In this document: one piece after another, positions 20,730 to 29,004 of the stretch | How the letters are laid out: each line of letters opens with the position of its first letter | Numbering within the stretch: position 1 is the first letter of the stretch | DNA from: Octopus sinensis | Lineage: Eukaryota | Assembly (NCBI RefSeq): GCF_006345805.1 | Contig: NW_021833192.1 | Coordinates: 1-29,004 of the forward strand | DNA length: 29,004 bases | Direction of reading: 5' to 3' | Position numbers and translations under genes: made by a program | The notes under the pieces: model-generated | What the model was told of the DNA's origin: nothing | Database searches by the model: none | Seen by the model: the letters and a program-made list of their open reading frames with translations, nothing else

Positions 20730-21080
20730 AGAGGGAGAGTGAAGTAGAGAGTGGAGTGTGCGAGTAAGACAGAGGTTGAAATTCTTTATTTAGGTTTCTA
20801 GAAAGAATGGAACGAAAGGAAAAAAAAAGGAGAAGATGAGAGACAGAGAGGAAGAGGCAGATATAGAAAGAAAAGAAAGAAGAGATAGTAAGAAAAAGCT
20901 AGAGACAAAGAATGAGTGAATGTGGGCGTAAAAATGAGAAAGGAAAGGAAGGAGAGAGAGAGAGAGAGGGGGGATGGAGGAGTAGAGCGAGCAGATAATA
21001 TAGATGTAGGTACAGGGTGGTGGTGTTAGTGGTGGCAGTAGTAGTTGTTGTCGTGGTGCTAGTAGTGGTAGTGGTAGTGG
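20510..21080. repeat. GA-rich / (GA)n / (GTA,GTG)n low-complexity tract
   Basis: Visible purine-rich simple repeats. Confidence 0.85.
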
Positions 21081-21214
21081 ATGATTAACAGAAGAAAAGA
21101 GAAAGGAATGGATGAACAAATAGCAGAATATAATGGTATGAATCAGAGGAAATTCGCAGAAGGACATCAGGAGAGACGGCGGTGTGTATATATGCTTATA
21201 TGTATGTTATTAAG

Positions 21215-21260
<46 letters not shown>

Positions 21261-21314
21261 ATCTATATATATATATATATATACGTATATATAAACATTT
21301 ATACGTGTGTGTGT

Positions 21315-21425
21315 CTTTTGCTCTTTTACTTGTTTCAGTCATTTGACTGCGGCCATGCTGGAGCACCGCCTTTAGTCGAGCACATCGACCCCAGAACATA
21401 TTCTTTGTAAGCCTAGTACCTATTC
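21315..21425 (-). mobile_element. SINE B 3' end (duplicate of 21909-22019)
   Basis: Shares the variant CCCCAGAACATATTC and upstream flank with 21909-22019. Confidence 0.9.
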
Positions 21426-21837
21426 GCAGGAGTGGCTGTGTGGTAAGTAGCTTGCTAACCAACCACATGGTTCCGGGTTCAGTACCACTGCGTGGCATCT
21501 TGGGCAAGTGTCTTCTGCTATTGCCCCGGGCCGACCAATGCCTTGTGAGTGGATTTGGTAGACGGAAACTGAAAGAAGCCTGTCGTATATATGTATATAT
21601 ATATATATATAAGTGTGTGTGTATATGTTTGTGTGTCTGTGTTTGTCCCCTTAGCATTGCTTGACAACCGATGCTGGTGTGTTTACGTCCCCGTCACGTA
21701 GCGGTTCGGCAAAAGAGACCGATAAAATAAGTATTGGGCTTACAAAGAATAAGTCCCGGGGTCGATTTGCTCGACTGAAGGCGGTGCTCCAGCGTGGCCG
21801 CAGTCAAATAACTGAAACCAGTAAAAGAGTAAAAGAG
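21426..21837 (+). mobile_element. Full-length SINE family B
   Basis: GCAGGAGTGGCTGTGTGG head to the GTAAAAGAGTAAAAGAG tail. Confidence 0.93.
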
Positions 21838-21908
21838 TATATGTATGTTATTATGCATACATATATATATATATATACGTATATATAAACATTTATACGT
21901 GTGTGTGT

Positions 21909-22315
21909 CTTTTACTCTTTTACTTGTTTCAGTCATTTGACTGCGGCCATGCTGGAGCACCGCCTTTAGTCGATCACGTCGACCCCAGAACATATTCTTT
22001 GTAAGCCTAGTACTTATTCTATCGGTCTCTTTTGCCGAACTGCTAAGCTACGGGGATGTAAACACACCAGCATCGGTTATCAAGCGATGTTAGGGGGACA
22101 TACACAGACACAAGCACACACACACACACACACATATATATATACATACATATATACGACAGGCTTCTTTCAGTTACCGTCTGCCAAATCCACTCACAAG
22201 ACTTTGGTCGGCCTGAGGCTATAGTAGAAGACACTTGCCTAAGGTGCCATGCAGTGGGACTGAAACCGGAACCATGTGGTAGGTAAGCAAGCTACTTACC
22301 ACACAGCCACTCCTG
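21909..22315 (-). mobile_element. Full-length SINE family B
   Basis: Complete reverse-complement copy ending at ...CACAGCCACTCCTG. Confidence 0.93.
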
Positions 22316-22399
22316 TTTGTGTATAATATATATATATATATGTATGTTTTTATGTGTGCATATGTATGCCTATGTCTGTATTCCTGTATGTCTATAACC

Positions 22400-24200
22400 C
22401 CCAATATTCTAGTTAGAGGTAACCAAACGTCGCTCTGTCAATGTGTAGAATCATTGTCTAATAAAGATCACTTTGGAAGTGTTTTGATTATAAATGTTGA
22501 GTGCAGACGGTTTTCTATTCTTGAGAACGACGCAGACTGCTGTTGTGTTGATGGAGATGGGGGCTGGTTGCAGGGCGCAGTGCGAGAGTGTAATTGATGG
22601 GGCTTCGTCACGGGTGGTGGTGTGATAGTTTTCAAATGAGTGGAGATGTACGATGCTGTTGGCGGCGTATGTGATGATCGACGTGGTCTGACAGAATGGT
22701 AAGGAACAAGGTTTGGAAGTGATCGTGGTTGAAGTGTGAGTTCTGTAAAGATTCGAATTAAAAATAGGAATTGTGGGATTCGAACGGTTTGCCCATCGGT
22801 GAAATTCTGACGTTGCCAGCACTAATGGGGAATAAAACCAAAAGAAGAATCCACAAAATTGTCAGAGATCCTTTAAGCAAAGGATCGGAAGCATCGACTG
22901 CATTTTGGCAGCTGGAATACTTGAGATCTTGGTGGCTAAGGTGCAAGACCTTCATTTGGAACATGAAGAATGCATGAAAGTGGTTCGATGGCTGTTCTCC
23001 AGACGTATTAGTGCTGCTTAAGCGCCGTTCATTTTGTCAAGTTTGACGATTTCTTCCACGTGCAATACAAGGATTTTTTCTTTTAAAATGTAGCACTCGA
23101 GATAAAATTGGTGTGTGTGGGGAAATGTGAAGGAACTTAGCTGCTTGGTCATGACATCCTTGATTTAAGCGAATAAATACCAAACCAACAAAGAATCTGT
23201 TCTTACCAAGTCGTGTAACAACACACACCCATATGCTACACAACTGTCTCCCCGATGATAGAGCACATCTCAAATCATGAGAATCATCGGAGCTGTAACA
23301 TTTTCTCCTGATTCTGTTCTGTCTCTGGCAGTAAATACGGATCAACAGGAATCACGAGAAACGATCAAGTAGCTAAGTGAATTCATCCTTCTTTAAATTA
23401 GTGAGTAGGAATGTTAGAAGAGGAGGAGAAGAGAATTGCTTGGCGGATATACGTTTGCTTTTGGTATTTGGGGTCTGTAGAGGAATTCAGTCCGCCGTGA
23501 AGCGAGGTTAATCTCCGGACGGAAGTATTGATTCTGTTGCACTGATCTCCGCTAATGTCCTTCATACAGAACGAACCGGTGTTGCTAAAACCAAACAGTT
23601 ATTATTCAACCACTTATATATTCGATTTTTTCGCATTTTTTTTCTTCTGTCAGTTGTCAACCAGAAAGAGCAATTTTCATCATTGTCAACATTTCCATCG
23701 TCAACATTTCCTCAATTAGTTCTCTTTGGACGTTTTCAAATTTTATTGGTGTCCACGGTTCGATAGGGACCGCTCGTTTAAATTGTTGCACTGATCTCCG
23801 CTAATGTCCTTCATACAGAACGAACCGGTGTTGCTAAAACCAAACAGATATTATTCAACCACTTATATATTCGATTTTTTCGCATTTTTTTTCTTCTGTC
23901 AGTTGTCAACCAGAAAGAGCAATTTTCATCATTGTCAACATTTCCATCGTCAACATTTCCTTAATTAGTTCTCTTTGGACGTTTTCAAATTTTATTGGTG
24001 GCCACGGTTCGATAGGGACCCCTCGTTTAATTTGTTTCCTGGATTTGGATCTATTGGGGTTTGTTGAAGTTCTTTTTTTTTTTTGAATTCCAATTTTCAA
24101 CAGTTGTTCAGTTCCTTCACCGAATTCTATGTACTTCAACATTTTCTTCTCTTCTTCCTGCTCTCTGTAGAACATCATTCTATTTCCAATAAACATTTTA
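22400..24200 (-). pseudogene. Decayed Penelope-like element pol region (RT, thumb, GIY-YIG)
   Basis: Collinear minus-strand motif remnants across frames: RKQIKRGV (cf. YKQIKGVAMG), DENCSFW (cf. IDDxFxxW), KDIS..NRINTSV..LNSSTDPKYQK (cf. FLDI..ISTSV..LxxSSxHPKHxK), RKNPCIARGRNR (cf. PPLIAFRRxRNL), SKPCSLPFCQT (cf. PCxxPRCxTC). Many stops and frameshifts; aligned by eye. Confidence 0.6.
23535..24032. repeat. 249-bp direct tandem duplication
   Basis: 23535-23783 and 23784-24032 are colinear without indels, with a handful of substitutions. Confidence 0.95.
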
Positions 24201-24361
24201 TTTTCGCGAAATTGATTGCTTTATTCTGAATCGTCGGATCCGCCTGGAATTTGCAACAATTAAATCTTATAGAAGGCTTCGCGTTTTATTTCATGCTTAC
24301 ATTCTAATCAAACCTACATACAGACATATACATGCACACATGTCCATAGATAATAAATACA

Positions 24362-24362
24362 A

Positions 24363-24400
<38 letters not shown>
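24362..24400 (+). repeat. (CTAT)n microsatellite
   Basis: Visible run. Confidence 0.9.
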
Positions 24401-24910
24401 CGGTTTATCAGCCGAGTCTATCGTTAATATCGTCACGCCTCCTTCCTTCAAACGGGAAGGAAGAGCTATTTTTATCATACTTGTGGCTATGGCGAAAGAA
24501 TGTATCTGGTGGACGCGTCTGAAAGGATTAGAGACAAACACTTTCCTCTCTGGTCAATCTCTCATCAACTTCTTCAAGTATCACTTGAAGAAAAAAGTGA
24601 GAGTAGAGAGGCAAGTTTTGTCTAGTGAATGTTTTAAAAAAAGATGGGTGAATGTAGCAAGGATGGCACGTATAAATGACGAAGCCACCTTGACTATGAT
24701 TCTATGAACCGTAAAAATTAATACAGAGAGTTGCTTATTTGCAAAAAAAAAAAAAAAAAAAAGAAATATAACATGTGACTTCATTGACCGAGGTTACCGT
24801 GGTCTTTTCCGTAGGCTTTTCTTTCCACGGGTAAACCTCACCTGTCCTCCCCTTTACACTTCATATTGACATTTCTGTGATAACGATCCCTATTGATCAA
24901 TTTTTTTCCT

Positions 24911-24948
<38 letters not shown>

Positions 24949-25120
24949 TTTTTAACCCCCCCTTTTTTGTCCTCTTTCTCTCCTTTTACGATCCCTTTTG
25001 ATCGACCCCCCCTTTTTATTTTATTAATTTTTTTTTTTTTTTTTTTTAACCTTCAAAAGAAAAGCTCTACCTTGTAATTTGTTCTATCTGTGTGCAGCCC
25101 TGTGTGGCTAATAAAGAAAC

Positions 25121-25121
25121 A

Positions 25122-25169
<48 letters not shown>

Positions 25170-25186
25170 CATCTATCCATCTATCC

Positions 25187-25222
<36 letters not shown>

Positions 25223-25227
25223 GTGCT

Positions 25228-25269
<42 letters not shown>

Positions 25270-25288
25270 GATCTATCTATCCATTTAT

Positions 25289-25335
<47 letters not shown>

Positions 25336-25336
25336 C

Positions 25337-25367
<31 letters not shown>

Positions 25368-25375
25368 CATATCTG

Positions 25376-25440
<65 letters not shown>

Positions 25441-25500
25441 TCATGCATATATGAATGACGTGATACAAATCTACCTATCTATCTGTCTGTTTGTATGTAT
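25121..25500 (+). repeat. (CTAT)n array
   Basis: About 320-bp tetranucleotide tract followed by (CTGT)/(GTAT) repeats. Confidence 0.95.
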
Positions 25501-27849
25501 GTATGTACATATGCATATGTATATATGTATATGTCTTTTGTTTGTAATATAAGAAACATTAAACTGAATTTTATTCATAGTGTGTATACAGATATTTTGC
25601 TTTTCACTTTATTATTTGTTATATGATCTTCTGGTTATATTTTTGTATACAGACTTACATCAACAGGTTTAATAAATATAGACAGAATGTTCGGAAATCA
25701 ATTTGCTGTTGAATCACAGCTGTTTTATTTTCTCCAGAAGGAAAGATAAAACACAAAAATCTGTCAATGCCAATTTCGGTGAATTATTCATTTTGAGGAT
25801 TATCTCCCCATCTCATTCAAAGCCAGTGGCAATCGCCACCAGGCTTTTGTTTACTTTCTCACAAATGTAAGAGAGTTTCAATAAATCAAGAATTTATATT
25901 GTCAGATTTTTACTATACTTCTAGTTACATTCTTTGATGCTAAGTCGTACTACTGACTACTGTTGGCTCATTGTTTTCTTTGGTGCACACACACAACCAC
26001 AACCACACGTATAATTTCGTCATCACTAACGTAGCCTTGATACAGTGCCTCACTCTCACCAATGCCCAAGTATTTGTTAAGCAGCGAAATATGAAATCAA
26101 ATTTCTGTATTGACCCTCATCTCCCATTTCATGAGTTTCAAATCGTCTAATCCAGTGTAACTCATCTTGCTTTTCTTAGATCAAAAGGTCTTTACGAAAC
26201 TGCTTGATATCTCGAGAAACCCTTCATATAATGTCAGGTCAAACATGAAGCAATGCTGGATGAACCTGGCCTTCTTCTCGCGTTGTAATATCACAAATTG
26301 GCTCCTTTTAAAAATTAAGCAATTTAAAGATATCATTTATAGAGTTATGTGATGGAAAGAAGTCCTATCTTCATGGAACATCTCAACAGAGATTCTTGTG
26401 AAGTTGGAGTTCTGTGAGCCTTGACGCTATTAACGACCATAAGAACAGTTTGTTACATCTTTATTATTGTTGTAATGAATTCTCGACGGTATCATAAAAT
26501 CGATGTAAATTCAGGATTTTATGAAACCAGCCACTTTGAACCAAATCAAAGACGTTTTTGCAATCGATCCAGGCTAATGACATTGTATTTTTTCATACGT
26601 TCGTATCAACCCGCATCAACTGATCGATAGTCCTACCGTTAAGAAGAGATTTAGTTCTTAGTTGTGTTTTGTGACGATCTGTCTTTGCAGACCATTGTTA
26701 TCACCCCAATACAGAACCAACGAAAAAAATTGGTTAGGGTTGTTGAAGGTAAACAGTATCAAGTTGAGGAAAATTTCAAATGACACTCGAAACAAGAATG
26801 TTTTAATGTTTCCATTGCAAGTCTCACATCAAGTATTATTTTAGAGAAAGAGTTTTACAATTTCTATTGTTACGAGTTTGATCTTCTCCCAATTATTGTC
26901 TTTGCTTTACTAAACGTGTTGACGAATTTTTATAGTAATCGACTTTTGTTCCATAGAGTTTTGACGAGTTGCTTACAAGGCGTGGTTTTTACAGAACAGT
27001 TTTGTTCCGTTGCTGTTCCTTTTCTAACTTCATTTACATCGGGTGCTTGTATTTTTGTTTTTGTTCTAAGTATTCAAGTTTCCGCACCCTTATTGACATC
27101 ACTGATGTTATCTTTAATATTCATGTACCCAGGATTTTGTTGTTCTTTTTCTCAAAAGATTTCTTAGTTACTGGTAACTGGTCCAGTGGGTATTAGGGTT
27201 ACATTTTAAGCTGTGTAAGCGATCACCTCTATCTTCTATTTACTTTTCTTCTCATTAACATAAATGCGATACACTTGTATTTAATCCTTCATATTTTATC
27301 ACTGTCTATAGACAAGTGTATCAGAAATGTTTCACTTCGGTTATATATGACAATGTATTAAACTACTGTGATTTCTTACCTTTTGTGCATTGCTTGTAAT
27401 AATTTTCGTTGGTATCAAAATGTGCTATTTTCTCTAAAAGCCTGTCTGCTCTTCATATGATTTCTTTTATCGGTTGTAGTTTGAATGGTAAGCTGGCGAT
27501 ACGTGTATCCTAAAATTCTTGTTTAGTTCCTATATGATAAAACAGCTGAATCCAGTCAGTAGCTGAGGGGATATATCTTCTTCTAATGAAACGTGACACC
27601 ACTGTCTACAAAGATGGCCACAACCTCTATCATCCGGTCACAAATTTATATTGCTAAACTGAATCACTAACATTAATGTTATTATCGATATCTCCATAAC
27701 TATCGTTGACATCTCTATTCTCTTCGCCTTCACTTCTTTGGTTTCTTCTTTTTTTATTTTTTTTTATTCTTCTTCAGAGATAATAAAGTAAAATCTGTTA
27801 CAAGCCGACAGACTCATTAGACCGGTGCGGATCTCAGTCGCCAAACGCA

Positions 27850-28055
27850 TGTGAACGACTTAGAGCATAATCTTGCCCCGAACCCGACTCTGGTCTCTAT
27901 CGCAGGGTCAAACCGCAGCTGACGCTAATTCTTATCTTCAGCCAAAGGGCCTGGAGCAACATGAAGCGAATTCCTGTGAAGGGACACAACATGTCACCCT
28001 TTACAGATATCGAATCCGCGACTTAACAATCACAGTCCTAACCATTAACACAATT
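27850..28055 (-). mobile_element. Highly degenerate CORE-like SINE
   Basis: TGGAGCAACATGAAG..GGACACAAC..ATCGAATCCGCGAC..CCTAACCA resembles the reverse complement of the 5299-5540-type head and body. Confidence 0.4.
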
Positions 28056-28774
28056 TTCTCCGTGTTATATAACATGGATGTGCCGAGACCAATGTCCAGT
28101 GATGTGTCATGCCAGGTCTCACAATTGCCCTTGAATTTAATTAGAATCAGAATATCGTGACTCATTATTTCCGCCCCCAACCTACAACCTTTGTGTCTCT
28201 ATTTCTAAGTGGTTCTGTCTGTATATTTACCCAGTCATTGTGTAACATTTCCATCAATATACACTCGTTTATTATATTTATTAACTGGCTCATTCTATTT
28301 GTCCAGTCATTCATAACAACACTGAACCCAATGACTCTGTTATTTCTGTTAATGATGTCCAGTCTGTCTTATCGATTTGAGTGCTTTAGAAATAAAGGAT
28401 CAGTATTTTACCGATATGTTTGTAATGTCTATCGTCAGCTTTATATTCGTGCTTTAGACATTCGTCCACCTGATTATGTCATTTCAATTATTTCGATAAT
28501 GTCCAACAATAATTTCAATTGCGGTTTATAAACACACTTACCACAAAGTCCGTATTTTCTGCTTCCTCTTTTTCTTTACCAACTTCAAATATTAATTATG
28601 TAATATATACATACATATATGGCGGCGACAGAGAAGGATTATCTCCCGCTTGCAATATAAACATGAGTGCTTATATGCACCAGGACTCAATATGAAAGGT
28701 TTTCTCATGGTAAATAACGTAGTATTTTGTGTTCTAACACAAGATCCACTTTAAGTGGGGATAAATATTATCTT

Positions 28775-28792
28775 TATATATATAGAATATAG

Positions 28793-28865
<73 letters not shown>
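28775..28865. repeat. (TA)n microsatellite
   Basis: Visible run. Confidence 0.92.
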
Positions 28866-28866
<1 letters not shown>

Positions 28867-29004
28867 CGCTATGGGTTCAAATTCCGCCGCAGTTGACTTT
28901 GCCTTTCATCCTTTCGGGGTCGATAAATTAAGTACCAGTTGCGCACTGGGGTCGATGTAATCACTTAAATCTGTTTGTCTGTCCGTGTTTTTCCCCGCTG
29001 TGTT
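28866..29004 (+). mobile_element. SINE family C, 5'-truncated, running off the window end
   Basis: GGTTCAAATTCCGCCG..GCCTTTCATCCTTTCGGGGTCGATAAATTAAGTACCAG..GGGGTCGATGTAATC. Confidence 0.9.

Noticed and set aside
25724-25785. Possible small exon (TTTTCTCCAG acceptor, GTGAAT donor); also a lone AAG/GTGAGA donor near 20501
   Set aside because: Isolated splice-like words are common by chance, and there is no recognisable peptide or partner exon.
26400-27730. Faint DNA-transposase-like peptides on the minus strand (acidic stretch, ATDWIQLF, KSWVHEY)
   Set aside because: The motifs are not consistent with one family, there are many stops, and no terminal inverted repeats were seen. It needs a translated search.

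Overview
This is repeat-saturated, AT-rich eukaryotic non-coding DNA. The SINE families and microsatellite density point to an octopus or related cephalopod (inference). I cannot support any host protein-coding exon, true tRNA/rRNA gene or CRISPR array, and nearly all supplied ORFs are read-throughs of microsatellites or SINEs. Contents: (1) about 25 copies or fragments of tRNA-derived SINEs, which I label A, B and C rather than assign published names; (2) decayed non-LTR retroelement relics: a CR1/L2-group ORF2 C-terminus with its 3' tail, two RTE-like pieces, and a ~1.8 kb Penelope-like (PLE) RT/GIY-YIG region; (3) a near-canonical minimal hammerhead ribozyme motif plus degenerate relatives; (4) many micro- and minisatellites. 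The most notable observations are the hammerhead motif, one SINE head carrying four different 3' tails, an inverted SINE triad flanked by a ~180-bp duplication, a repeated SINE-A/(TA)n/SINE-B composite, and a tail shared between SINE B and the LINE. All alignments were done by eye, so degenerate boundaries are approximate.
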